A DNA stretch of 64,000 nt, filler included, from Dimargaris cristalligena (Eukaryota), in the NCBI GenBank assembly GCA_003614675.1. It is 11 parts of 11 records of this genome, joined end to end, with 100 filler letters (N's around TTAATTAATTAA, not from the genome) between each part and the next. Parts side by side here need not be neighbours in the genome. Positions count along the whole stretch, not along the records: positions 1 to 5,793 come from ML003580.1; positions 5,894 to 11,667 come from ML003581.1; positions 11,768 to 17,534 come from ML003582.1; 8 more parts are not named here. One strand, 5' to 3'. A model generated the notes under the pieces. That model did not search any database. It was not told the DNA's origin and saw only the letters and a program-made list of their open reading frames with translations. Made by a program: the position numbers and the translations under genes. Positions 1 to 12,831 of the stretch are shown here, in pieces; position 1 is the stretch's first letter, and each line of letters begins with the position of its first letter.

Positions 1-3000
1 GGATTTTATACTTCAAGTTGTGGTTGCCAAGGACTGACCTTTTGAGCTTCCAAACTGGTATTTTTCATATTGGATTACTTTAGTTAAAAACTTTATAAAG
101 TTGGTTTTATTAATATTTTCATTTGAGTGACAAACCAGTTCACCTGGAGAAGCCAACCTGCCCTTTTGATATATTTTTGTTGTTCATTTTAGTGGCTTGA
201 CACCACCACACTGTGACACTACCGCGACTTCAGGCTGTGTTGATAAGGAGGCCACTGCCTCCTCGTGAATCCCGAAGGCTACTAACAATAGGCTGGACGT
301 CCCAGGTAGTACATATATGGCCTAACAATACAGAATCTAGAAAAATCAACAGCAAAAATAATCAAGCCGGGCAGTCTGCTCAGCACTAACAAAGTTACAC
401 CCCACCACTAGTAATCATTTTGGGTGGCAGTGCCATGTATTAGTATCTAGTTTCTAATAGGTCAGTTAAAGTACTCTCCATACCATGCCGCCTATCTTCA
501 AGTGTATTTTTTGTCAGTATAAACATGATATCCTCACAATGTTTACTTAATTATGTCTAGTCACTCTAGTTCACCTATTTGTCTCGATATTTGACACCCA
601 TACATGCTATTAACCCTTTTGAAAACTGTTATTTGCTTATAACTTATAGAACCAGTACCCCTAGTTTGTACTTTTAACTGTATGTGACAAGAGTCACTTT
701 ATTCACAATTTGGAAATAAAAAGGTGCAACCTCTTCAGGCATCTAGCCACCCTTACCAAAAATTCGCTTGTGGCCAACATCAGGTGTATTATTGTTTCCT
801 GGTTACTGACAGTGTCATAAAGCCCAACTATCTATTCAAACCATTTCCAAAGCCCGGCTCTATTAATGGAATGTGGAATCAAAATTACAGTGATGGAGTA
901 TTTCCAGGCCCACTGTTATCTAGGCTACATATTGACATTTGCTGAGATTATTAATTAACATATGATTACTGTGGCTTTCCTAAATAAATGAGTTCTGGTC
1001 CAGCTGGGCACTATTAACAGGTGACATATACCTACTTATATGATGTATTAAATATTTATTTATTTATCAAATTGGCTCAAAACCGCCAACGAAAAATTAT
1101 ATATAAGGGTTGTGCAATAAAGATGTAACTAAAAGGGGATTAGTAGGAAAACACTTTATTGATACACTGTTAATGAAAAGAATGGAGTAATGATGAGTAT
1201 ATTGGGTGGGTATGTTGATCATCAGAAAAATGTGCTAAAAAATACAGTGTTAATTCTATAGAGCGACAGAGGAATGGAAATGGCCCCGGATTGGTGTGTT
1301 ACATAGGAAAGTCAATTAGGACGCAGCGAGGAATATGTCATAAGGTAAAATATCTAGAACTTCTGTGTTAAGCGGCGTGTTGGAATATGCAGTTATTGTA
1401 TGGCCTGCTTAGCGGCTTGTGCCAGCTTAGGAAATTGGTGGTTCGCTGGGGGTTAGTGGTCATTGGGGCGTATGAAGAGAGCAAATTGAGACATCAGTCC
1501 CGAACCCCAGGTGTAGTGCACCTATCCAGAAATCTGGTGACCTATCTGTTACACTGTAGCGCCAAAAGATTTCTAGATGGTGGTAGCGGAGATTTAAAAA
1601 AATATTATATAAAGATGCATTGGTTAGACAATTAAAAATAAAAAATGTTACTGCTACCTATTCTTCAATGCTCGATCAAGAGGCCAATTGGGTGGTGGAA
1701 AATCAACAAAGTCATTGCGGTGGTTTTCCATGCAAGAGCCGTGGCAATGCCATATCTATTATCCTAGTCCTTTCCGGAAAAAAAGGGTGCCACAAATAAG
1801 CACAGTAGAAATTGATTTTCATTATAATGGAGACAGACATGAACACAGTATATATTGTGGCCGCTCTATATAAGCGGGAACCATTCTCACCACCTCAGAA
1901 ACGAACGATAGACAAAAAATAATTCAATATATATAAATAATTGCTTACCAGTTGTGAGAGTCATTCACGGAATGGTTCTCATCCCCCTTGTAGTGGGGGT
2001 CATGGGTCGGGTAATCCCGAAAGACCCAGAACCACCTTTTTATTGTAAATATAATAGATCGTTTAATGCCAGGCATGTTAGTAAATACCCCATAGTGATT
2101 GTGGATTATAGGCCAGTGGGGTTGACTGGCGGGGATTTATAACCCCCAACACGCGTAATCCCCCACAGATGGGTTATAATCCCACACTATTAATAGAAAA
2201 AGAGAAACATTATGCTAGATGGTCCACTGGTGACCTTTGCGAACCTTCACACCTACTCGCCACCATTGTTGACTAATAGTAGGTACCATCCCCTCATTGG
2301 TTTAATACATTGAATTCTGAATAATCGTATGGCAAGGGGGCCCTCGTAATACACGGTTTATGGGTGGACACTGCCAGATTCCTCATAATAAGTGCATCCG
2401 TCCCCTCGGCTGTTCAAAAATTGGCCTAATTAGGCCAAGCTGAATATTCATTACATGAATAATTTCTTAAATAATAAAGAGGCGCCGGAAATAGGAATAA
2501 ATGAAGCACTAGGACTTCCAGGTCCCGCATAGTCTAGCCCCCCTGCGGGGGTTTTGTTAGGCCATTAGGCCTATTTGTAATCTTTGTTTCAGTGTATGCC
2601 CTATTGTTGGCCTAGGAAATGAATTTGAAAAGAGTAAGGTCAGGTGTAATAGACCACCAGCCATCTTATTGAAGTCATACTGCCATTGACGATTGCTTCG
2701 ATATCCAACCAACCCCTTTGTTTCCTTGGCCGATTGTCCAATACAAGGCCTAGGCCGTTATGCCTTTCTGTGAAGGGGTGGGGTATTGGTTGGGTCTACT
2801 TCTCACGATTTTTTACCACAGCCATTTGAAGATCCGATAATTTAACGAAGTGATCCTCACAAAATAGTCGATGGTAATGTTTGCGGATATGGCCATCAGT
2901 GCCGGATTTCATTCAAATAGAGGGCTTTCAAGTTGACAGGCCTTATCTGAACAATTAACTTGTCTGTACATCCTTTTGTGCCGTGTGACTTGGTGACAGA

Positions 3001-5793
3001 TTTGTCAATACCCAGCCGTAATTCGTCGTGTGGGCGAGGCAGTATCGTCTAGGGTATCACTCCCACCCTACACTGGTCGGGCTTTTTGCATATCTAGGAG
3101 TTATTGTTAATGTCAGATTGCGTACCATTCACTAGGGTTCCATTTGCGATGCCTGTACACTTGGTCATTGTAAATGTATTAGTAAGTTAAATAATGGAGC
3201 ACCAACCAAAAGATTTGACCGAATTCGATTATTACCTGTGTGGATAGGCCTGTTTCCTTTCCACAAACCTTTTCTCCAAGACTAGTCACTGAATTCGGAT
3301 GACATTACGCATCGAATATTAGTTATAATAGGGTTATATAAAAGCTACAAGGGCAATTATTCCCTTTTGGGGAAACTGAGGATTCATACAGATTTTTATT
3401 CGGACAAATCGACAGGGTTATTTATCTGAGGTGTGGTATTTATATAACCTAACGCGAGCTGTCAACTTTAGAGCAGACCCTTAAGGTAGTATTTCTAGGC
3501 CCGCCCTCCTATAATAAGGAATACAGCAGCTGCTCATAATGTCACATTATTCCTTAGCCTTAAAAAATGTGTTGCTCCTGTTACATCCACCCTGGTGGCC
3601 GAAACCAATACTATCAATAATACTGCGGTAATACCTCAACCAGAGGAGAGGATGTGTAGAGACCTAGATAACCGGGGGCTGGATAATTCAGATACCCCAG
3701 CCGTTGATGAGGACAACCCAGTCCACAAACTATAGTAGACCCAAGCACTGATAATTACTACACTATGGGATACCCTAATGATCCTTACTCAGTGGGGACT
3801 ACCATATATGCGCTATGCATTTAGTAATAGTCCCACGGCAGCTGGTAAACTGATTATATAAAGGGGGTTCGGCCAGTGCGCCATTATCTCCTCAGTTTAC
3901 TAGCACCCCCAACGCTACTACCCTCTTTTATTCTCAGATACTAATATTATACCCGCTAAATAATAAAACCACCCTCATTTCCATTCGCCAATTAATATAC
4001 CAACGAAATACATGCCCGTTGTGGCTAAGGCAACTGATTTGTATTTAGAAGCCATTTACTATCCTGGTTTTTACATTGATTATTTTCTCGTCCGTAGGAC
4101 TAGATCTATTCACTCGCCATCTTTAAGTTCCCATGACTGTATAATATTGGCACTACTTATTCAGTTCACCTCTGTACCTTTCTGTTTAGCACAGGCCCTA
4201 AAATGCCAACTCTAATACTTCCATGATAGCTTGGTCACCAATCACCTGACCATTTTAATGTTCTACGTGTTTTTTAGAAATGAATTAAAGAGATGAATCT
4301 ACATCCCGGAATTACCTTACTGTCACCCGTTGTTCAGTACCTATGCTTTTTAGGTGATTACACTACAACCCGATTACAGCCATTGGACGAGGTTAGCCAC
4401 CCAGATCTTAGGCTGACACTCGATCCCTCTAAGCTTACATTTGGTAGTAACTCTCTGCCCTGCAAATGGTAAATAGTAAAGGCCCCAGTCAATCAGCTAG
4501 AAGGACACGAGTTATTAAATAGAGAGTACCTCTTAATGTCCCGAGCTTGCTGCGTTTTAATACAATTAGTATTATGTTATTGAAATCTCCCACTTAACAT
4601 CATAGTTAGTTGGTCCAACTCGCCCTGTGTGTTACTACTATAGGACAGGCGCTATGACATAATATAGCCCTATACCAGTGACCAGTGTAGAAAAGCCCCG
4701 ACTGTATTGGGTTGGAATATTTAACATAACAACCATTAACCCATTACTATTGACTAATGAAGGTGGTATGTTATGCTCAAGCTGGGGGAAGGGGGCATGA
4801 ATTACCAGTATTGCCGAGTAGAAGGGCCATTTGGTTCAGATAACAGACATAGGAGATATATTATTGGTATTACATTAAGACATAACTTAACCGAGACGTG
4901 GGCTTCCGAATTTCTACACTACTTCGTTTAACATGGCTAATAGGGTTTGTAACTGTGTATTGCCCATCGGGCGGTGCATTTTTGTTGGAGGGGTCAGGTA
5001 ACCTCTACACCATCTAGGCGGCGGGCCCCTTCAGACGACCATAAGCTTATTTACAGTAGCTAATTCGATCAGACAAATCAGGATATCTTACAGTCAGTTG
5101 CATTCCGATGAACATACTGGAAGAGCAATATTTAGTATCGTAACTGATCTCTGGTTAAACATTGCAGTTTTCTTTAGGTCAAGAGTTGTATGTAAATAAT
5201 GGTTGTGGTATCCGTAAGCCAATTGACAGTAAATATTTACCCAAACTGACAGCTTAAAAACAACAATCAGTAATTTCTTGATAGAAAAGGGGGAAAGCCC
5301 ACCAATGTGGACTATTCATCATACCCACTAGCTTTCATTAATAATCCGTTGACCTACAGTTAACAAAGGCCGTGGCAAATACCACTATTACCAAGATGGA
5401 TACCAGCAAGACAACCTTCGGATAATTCCCACCACCCTGCAAACCATTTACCTATATCACCTATACCAGTCGCTCAAAGGGTGGAATTACAATGAATCTA
5501 GCCTTGGATAACCTCCACCGCCACTACGTGATTCATCCACCCAGCCCCGGAGGCGTTATCAGTATAAAAAAGCACCCTAGCGCAGATTGATTAAAAAAGT
5601 GCCTGAGTACTACCCTACTAATGAAATATACCATTATGAAGACATCCATTAACAGCACATGGATTATAGAAAATCGGACAGTATAAATAGTGGAACCGTC
5701 CTTGATTTATTAATTAAAGATATATGAAAATGTAAAACTAATTGAAAACGCAATGGGATACAAGTGTTTACCTCCCATGGTGTACTAACCCCA

Positions 5794-5893
5794 NNNNNNN
5801 NNNNNNNNNNNNNNNNNNNNNNNNNNNNNNNNNNNNNTTAATTAATTAANNNNNNNNNNNNNNNNNNNNNNNNNNNNNNNNNNNNNNNNNNNN
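5794..5893. other. Artificial contig-joining spacer (44 N + TTAATTAATTAA + 44 N); first of ten
   Basis: The same 100-nt spacer with stops in all six frames occurs at 5794-5893, 11668-11767, 17535-17634, 23388-23487, 29238-29337, 35076-35175, 40908-41007, 46739-46838, 52570-52669 and 58381-58480. The intervening contigs never increase in length (5774, 5767, 5753, 5750, 5738, 5732, 5731, 5731, 5711 bp). Confidence 0.98.
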
Positions 5894-8800
5894 TGGCGAC
5901 AGACCGCGTGCAAGCTTGCCAAATTGATCGACAGTGTGGTGTGGTGTATTCCATAATTGCACATTGGGGATTCGGTAGTGTAGACGGGAAAGTGAATGGG
6001 TGGGGTGGGTTGGACCTTCTCCAGAGTTGTCTGCCAGAACTGCTGGAGCTGGGATTGGTCGGTACTTTGGAGATGGGCAATGTAACTACTATACTGGGCG
6101 GAGGGGGTAGGTGCAGTACCGTGGTATAAGTCCACCAGCTGGGCCAAAACGATGTTCTGGGACCAGGCGTCGAGCAGGGCATGGTGAAATGTAAAAAAAC
6201 ACAAGTGGCGGGAATTGCCAGTGCCAGGTGGAGTGAAGAGGGCCATTCGGAATAGTGGTCCGTCGAAAGTAAAACCCCGTTGGCGATCGGTTTCAAAGTA
6301 AGTGTTTTCCAATGTAGACCAATCATAAACTACATCAGCATTGATTGACCATTCAATATCGCACTGCTTAGTGATAACCTGGAGGAAGGAGTGAACTGAT
6401 AGCGACCCTGGCTGGAAGAATTTTGTTCGCAAGATGCCATGATGTTCAGCTAACTGCTCCCAGGCTTTCTGGAAACGATTCATGTCTAAGTCCCCGGAAA
6501 TGGCAAAAGACTGCTGCACCATATACGAGCTTGGGTCTTTAAGGGTGCTGACAAGGAACCCCAATTGAAGCCCAGAAACCGGCAAAATATCGGTAATGTT
6601 GTCCAAATTCAAGTTTAACTGAGAAGCGGCCTCTTGTAAGAGAGATTCCAAGGCGGAGGAGGGATGATCTTTTTCATCCAGTAAGCTATAGGGCTCGTAG
6701 TGGGTAGGACTGTGGGTTTCTAAGGGCCTGTCAGATGTGGAGTGATCAGAAGCACACTCGGCCAGCCCAATGATGTTGCAACACTTGAACACCTGGGCGA
6801 TGGAGATATATAAACCACGGTCTCGGCAGAGAGAGGAAAACAGAATAGCCGAAATGGAGTCGCCACCAAGTTGGAAAAATGAATCATAAATGTCAATCTC
6901 GTCACTGGGAATATTCAAGGTCTGACTGAGGGCCTCCACGACCCGGGCCTGGGCTAGATTCTGTGGGGCTGTAACGGTACGGCCGGCATCCATTGAGGTT
7001 AAGTCGACGATTTGTGAGGCTAGGACATGTTTGTCGGTCTTGCCGTTAGTGTTGCGGGGCAGCACGTCAATACTAAATATGGAGTTGGGGTTCATATAGG
7101 CTGGTAGAATGCGGCCTATATGCGATTTGACAGACCCAATGGAAACTGAGCCAGGACAGACGAAGGCATAGATGCTTCGGCTAACAATGACCACAGCAGC
7201 ACTCTGTATATCGGGATGACTGAGTAGCACAGATTCGATTTCTTGGGGCTCAATACGATGGCCGCGAATTTTTACCTGGTCATCATGTCGGGAAAAGTAC
7301 TCAACGGTGCCATTGGGTAGCCAGCGGGCCGAGTCTCCTGTCCGGTACATATTGCCTGAGCCACTAAAAGAATTGTGGATTAATCTCACTGTATTGAGGT
7401 CGGGCAAGTTGACATAACCCCGTGTGACTTGCACGCCACCCACGTAGATTTCACCACGAACCCCAATTGGAACGGGCCGCAAGTAGCGATCAAGGATATA
7501 GCCCTGAGTGTTGGGGATTGGGCGACCTATAGTCAAAGTATCACCAAGGCTGTACTCGACTGCATGCGAGACCAAAACTTCCGTGGGCCCATATATATTG
7601 AACAGTCGACAGTGACGGGCCCAGCGCTCGGCTACTTCACGAGGAAGGGCCTCTCCGCCGGAGATGATCGTTTGGAGTCTGGGGTATTTGGCCGGGTCAA
7701 GGGAGGCCAGTACAGTAGGGGTAGCAAATATGGCCTCCACGTTGGGTAGCGTGTCCAAGAGGTCTGTTCGAAGAACAAGGGTGGCCCCCTTGCATAGACC
7801 AGTAAAAATCTCGAGCAGGGCGGCGTCAAAAGTCAATGCCATATTCTGCATTAGACGTTGACCGGTGTATATGCCATAGGTCGATTCCAACTGTTGGACA
7901 AAGTTACCCATCAGGCGATGTTCGATTTGAACGCCCTTGGGCCGACCCGTGGTTCCCGATGTGTACACTATATAGGATAGGTCAGAGGTGCGAATGTGCG
8001 GGAGGGCAGGTAACTTGTCTTGAGGCAGTTGGAGGGGCATAAGCCAAGGGTCGATTGGTTGGATTTCGACTTGGGCGAGGGCTAGGCGAATGGCAGAGAG
8101 CTTGGACTGGTCCGTCATATTGGTAAGAACCCGGCTTATGCCGCAGTCTTCTATGATATACTGGATACGCTCGATAGGGAAGGCGGGGTCCAGGGGAACT
8201 AAAACCGCCCCCGACAACTGTAAGCCCATAAAGGCTGCAATTGTGCTGGGTACCCGTTCAATGAGCAGGCCAATGGGTGTTTCACGCGGGACGCCCTGGT
8301 CTAGTAGTCGCTGAGCTAGATTGAGTGACTGGCTATGTAAATACGCATAGGTCCACTGAGTATCCTCGTGCTCCACGGCAATAACGTCCGGTCTGATCTG
8401 AGCCGATTGAGTAAACAAGTCCGGCACACAAGCACTATGATCAATGGCCAGACGGGGGCATGCAAATTGCTCAGCTACTACAGCCTGCTCGTTTGGCGAA
8501 AGCATGATTAGGTCTTGTACGCGGGGTTGACCATCAGAGTCGGACAAAGCGGAGACCAGCCCTTTGAATAGGGTACAGAAGTGCTGGGCCAGGGTGTCGA
8601 TATAGGTAGAGTCAAACTGGAAAGAATTCCAGCTCAAACTAGCGTGAAGTTCGCCATGCTTCATTTGGACCACCAGTGATAGGGGATAGTCTGTAGACTC
8701 AAGACATTCGGTATCTGTAAAAGTAACCGGGTGATCCCGGTTTTTTGACCCTGTATCAGGGTAACTCTCGTACACAACCAGCGTATTAAACAGGTCGCTT

Positions 8801-10868
8801 GGCTGAATATCCCCTTCGACCCATGCGTTAATCTCGGATATATGGTGGTGTTCATATGAAACAACTTGTTGAGAGCTATGATGAATAGCAGCGACCCATT
8901 GAGCCACGGACATGGTCTCATCAGCTTGAACCCGAAATGGGACGGTGTTGATAAGACATCCCAGGTGGGACTCGATGTCGGCGAGGGGCAGTGCTCGGCC
9001 GGATACGGTGTTGCCGAAAATGACGTCGAGCTGACCAGTGTAACGGCTCAAGAGAAGGGCCCAGGCGGCCTTGATAATGACGTAAGGAGTAAAGCCCATA
9101 CGGTGGGCGAGTTGAGTGATAGTGTCGGCATTCTTCAATAATACCATTTGCAATTCGGCCCTAGGGGAGTTTGGCTTGCGGCTGGGCTTGGGGAGTTCCA
9201 ATTCGGTGGGCTGTTCGACCCCTCGCAGGTACTCCGACCAGAACGATTTCGCACTTTGTTTGTCCGAGCTTCGTAGATGAGCCACATAATTACGGAATAC
9301 AGGGGGTTGGGCAAGCAAGGTTTCAGCGTCATTTTGAAGATGGGCCCGAAGCCGGCCAATTAGGATGCCAATAGACCACCCATCAATAAGTGCATGATGG
9401 ATGGCTAGTAGGTAGCGGAATGAGTTTGATGATAGTTGTTTAACATGGACTCGGAGAAGAGGTTCGCTGGGGCCGAAACCACGCTGCTTGTTCGACTGCA
9501 TGAAATCAGACTCACTAATTGAGTCCACGTCGGACCACCCGTTAAGAACCTGCCAGCCGAATCGTGGTTCTTGGGTCACCACTTGGACACCCTGGCACCG
9601 GGAGTTACTCCAAGTAGTTACAAATACAGTACGTAAAATGGTGTAGTCACTCACAACTGCTTGGGTGGATGTTTGGAGCTGGTCGATGCTCGAAATACCA
9701 GTTACCGTAAAGGCCAGTTGGACCAGGTATTCGGAAGGGTCCTTGGCCGTGGCTGTCCACATGCCCTGCTGCATGGGCAGCATGGGGTAGAGGTCTTCGA
9801 CATCATTCGCGGAAAGACCTACGGTGACCAGCTCAGCCTCGAGTTTAGCCAGTTCAGGTAAAGTGGTGTGTAGGCCAGTAAAGTCCGATGGGGTCCAAAC
9901 ACTGGGGGTAGGGGACACGTCCAGAAGTTGCACCATATTTGCAAGCGAGACACGGAAGTAGTCCAGCAGAGTCTCAACCACATCTGTTGCAATGACTTGT
10001 GGGCAGTACATAATCATGAATTTAAGTCCACCCGGAGTTGGCAATCCGATAACCTCCAACACCTGTGTACGAAGTTCACCGGGGTCACAGACGGGAAGTT
10101 CCGAAACCAGTTCCGGGCGAACTACCCAAGGGGCTCGGCCGTGCATAGACAAGGCCCCGTCATTTGTTGTGTTCCCCAGGTGGTTAAAACAGACCTCCAT
10201 CGGTGAGAATGACTGTCCATTAGAGGACCCACCTTGGGGACGGCGAAGAACCTGTTGAAGACCATGCTGTAAACCGTAAGTCCCAGTTAAAGATCGGAGG
10301 GCCTGTTTGGCCTGCTTGAGGAAATCTAGTGCGTTCGTTTCACTACTCACCTGGGCTTGGCAGGGAGTCATAGAAGTGAACCAGCCGACGGTGCGACCGG
10401 GATCGAGACTGGGTTGCCACGGATGACGACCGTGGGATTCATTGAAAATGGTGATGGTCGGGGCCTGAGAGATAGAGTTCAGGGCCTGGAATAGACCAGC
10501 GAGCATCAGCTCTAGAGATTGAATACGTGCGGTATCAGGCTGCAAAAGGGCATCCGACAGGATAGGGTCTAATGTGACAGATTGGCACTGGGTATTGGCT
10601 TGAGTATTCAAGGCCAGGCAGTCTGGTCCAGTGAGGGGTAAAAACGATACCGGTGGAGTATTTGTCTCGGGGTCACTTTCAGTCTCAGGCATGGTCTGCT
10701 TGGCCCAGTTGGCCAACTCCGTGGCCCAGGTGGCAAACGAAAGGGGCTGGGGCACGGGTGATTGGCCGTCTAGGAGTCTAGCCAAATCCTCGAGTAAAAT
10801 CGACCAGGAAACTAAATCCACTATCAGATGGTGGATGGTTAGGAATAGCCATTGACGACCTTGCCAAA
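5894..10868 (-). CDS. Non-ribosomal peptide synthetase fragment, domains E(partial)-C-A-T-C(partial); both ends missing
   Basis: E motifs: TIHHLIVDLVSW (read just upstream of the called start), ESHGR, RTVGWFT, FNHLG, then a TPSDF linker. C: YPMLPMQQGM, IHHALIDGWS. A: YTSGTTGRPKG, TFDAA, NIYGPTE, YRTGD, QVKIRGHRIE, NGKTDK. T: FFQLGGDSI. Second C: LPVSGLQ, FHHALLDAWS. The 3' end runs off the contig; the 5' end stops at an inversion junction. Confidence 0.96.
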
Positions 10869-11667
10869 AGTGTCGAGTCTACCACCACAGTATCCTCCCT
10901 CCACCCAATTCCACCAACAGACCTGGCCTACATTGTATTCACCTCGGGCTCCACCGGTCTCCCCAAGGGTGTGATGGTCGAACATCGCAGCCTTTTGAAT
11001 ATGCTCACCAGTCCTACCCTCGAGATGCTGCAACAGCCAGGCACCCGAACCATGAACGGCATGGCAGCTGGGTTCGATGTATTTTTCCTGAACACCTTGC
11101 TTCCCTTATGCTACGGCTCTACTCTGGTATTCTACGGCGATGATCTTCCGGGCACATTGAAAACAGTGCAGCAGGCCATTCTGCTTCCGTCCATCATCTC
11201 TACCCTGAATCCCCAGAACTATACCAACCTGAGCAACTTGCTGGTTGGTGGTGAACACTTACCCCGAGAATTAGCGAGTCAGTGGTCTGCAGCGACCACG
11301 TTTTACAATATCTACGGACCGACCGAAGCCACCATCGCCTGCCTTATGACTGAGGTTCCGCCTTCTGGAAGTGTTCCAATCGGCCGACCAATGGCCAACT
11401 ACGAGTGTTACATTTTGGATGAAAACCTACATTTGGTTCCGATTGGTGCCGTCGGTGAGATATGCATTGGAGGTGTCGGAGTCGCCCTCGGTTACATCAA
11501 TCGACCGGACCTCAATCCAATTAAATTTGTCGATAATTCATTCACAGGGCAAGGCAAAATCTACCGGACTGGTGATCTGGGCCGCTGGCTACCCGATGGC
11601 CAAGTAGTGTGCTTGGGGCGCATGGACAGCCAGGTGAAACTGCGGGGGTTCCGTATCGAGCTCGAAG
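10848..11667 (+). CDS. NRPS adenylation domain fragment (motifs A3 to A8), truncated at both ends
   Basis: The frame upstream of the called GTG reads AIDDLAKSVESTTTVSSLHPIPPTDLAYIVFTSGSTGLPKGVMVEH. It continues with GFDV, GGE, NIYGPTE, GEICIGGVGVALGY, YRTGDLGRW and QVKLRGFRIELE to the contig end. Confidence 0.93.
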
Positions 11668-11767
11668 NNNNNNNNNNNNNNNNNNNNNNNNNNNNNNNNN
11701 NNNNNNNNNNNTTAATTAATTAANNNNNNNNNNNNNNNNNNNNNNNNNNNNNNNNNNNNNNNNNNNN

Positions 11768-12831
11768 ATGGGGAACCCGGGGGCCAGAGTGAGTCGGCCA
11801 TTCAAATCATAGGCACATTGCCCTTCCGTATGGGAAGTGCACAGGCATTCGTGGGTAGACGAAAGACCATCGCAGTTATGGGGACATTGGCATCCCAGGG
11901 CCGTACTTGGGTCGGGGGGCGTAATAGTCGGTCCGATGATGGACTTGTCAATATAGGTGAAGGTCAGCGGTGGACCATCGTCGTCCACCTCGTTAACCAC
12001 GGAAATGGGTGGTCCCTTGGCGTGCGAGATGGCATCCAGGAACCGCCTAATGTTGGGCTTCATTCGGACCACGTCAATGGATTCGGAGTGAAGCCCCCGA
12101 CGGAGGCGCTGGCCCCGCTTGGCCGGGGCCACGGTCTTTCTAATCCCTGCTGCGGGGTTCTGGGGGATTTCCTGTTTAAGGGGTAGCCAGGGAGTATCGG
12201 TTGCCGCGGGTGGTTGAGCTTTCGGGGTTGAGGCCGAAGGTTGGACCGGAACTGGCTCCGGGTGAGTAACGGGGGGTGAAGCTAAAAGCGGTGGGCTAGG
12301 TGTCGTTGTAGGTGTGGAGTTGCTTGCCAAAAACTTATCTAGAGTACTCTTAAGAGTTGGCTTGACCGGGGGTGACGACTTGTTCAACGACCGGTAGTAT
12401 TGGCGGACCAAAGACGTGCAGTTCAGGTTATTGCGAGGCTCCCAGGTATTCCACTCCTCGGTGTACCCTTTCCACTTAATAAGGTATTCGACGGTCCCGC
12501 GCACCCTCCGATGGTTGACAATGCTCTCAACCTCGTACAGTTCTTCTTCTTCCTCCGGGGCAGCCTCGGAAGCCGCCGTAGTGTGTTCGGTAGGTTTCGC
12601 AGGGGATACAGAATCGACAGCATTGGTCACTGGGTTCTCGACTAAGGTCGGTGCTGGAGACGCGGCCGGGGAGGAGGAAACTAAAGGTAAGGAGTACGAG
12701 TCGGCGATATCCATGGCCATTGATAGGCTAGGGGTTGGTAGAGACGGGCAATTTTCTTGGAGGGAACAAGGGAGCTGTATCGGCTCCGTCCAGAGTACTT
12801 GTTCCGTCTTTAAATCAGGACTGACCATTGT
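11768..12831 (-). CDS. clr4: Clr4/SUV39H-type histone H3K9 methyltransferase, 5' part (chromodomain + pre-SET); SET domain cut off by contig end
   Basis: Chromodomain YEVESIVNHRRVRGTVEYLIKWKGYTEEWNTWEPRNNL and pre-SET ISVVNEVD..FTYI..GCQC..C..CLC..CAY. A TACTAAC branch point (~12888-12894) and CAG acceptor precede 12831. A possible ATG-only first exon lies at 13224-13226, followed by GTAAGT. Confidence 0.88.

Noticed and set aside
212..312. HDV-like ribozyme suggested by GCCTCCTCGT and nearby hairpins
   Set aside because: P3 does not close, and P1, P2 and the catalytic J4/2 strand cannot be assigned. More likely a decayed repeat.
3700..3745. Hammerhead-ribozyme-like string TTGATGA-GGAC..GTCC-ACAAAC-TATAGT-A with palindromic ACTATAGT
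   Set aside because: Both core boxes deviate from CTGATGA and GAAAC, and stem I cannot form with the flanking sequence.
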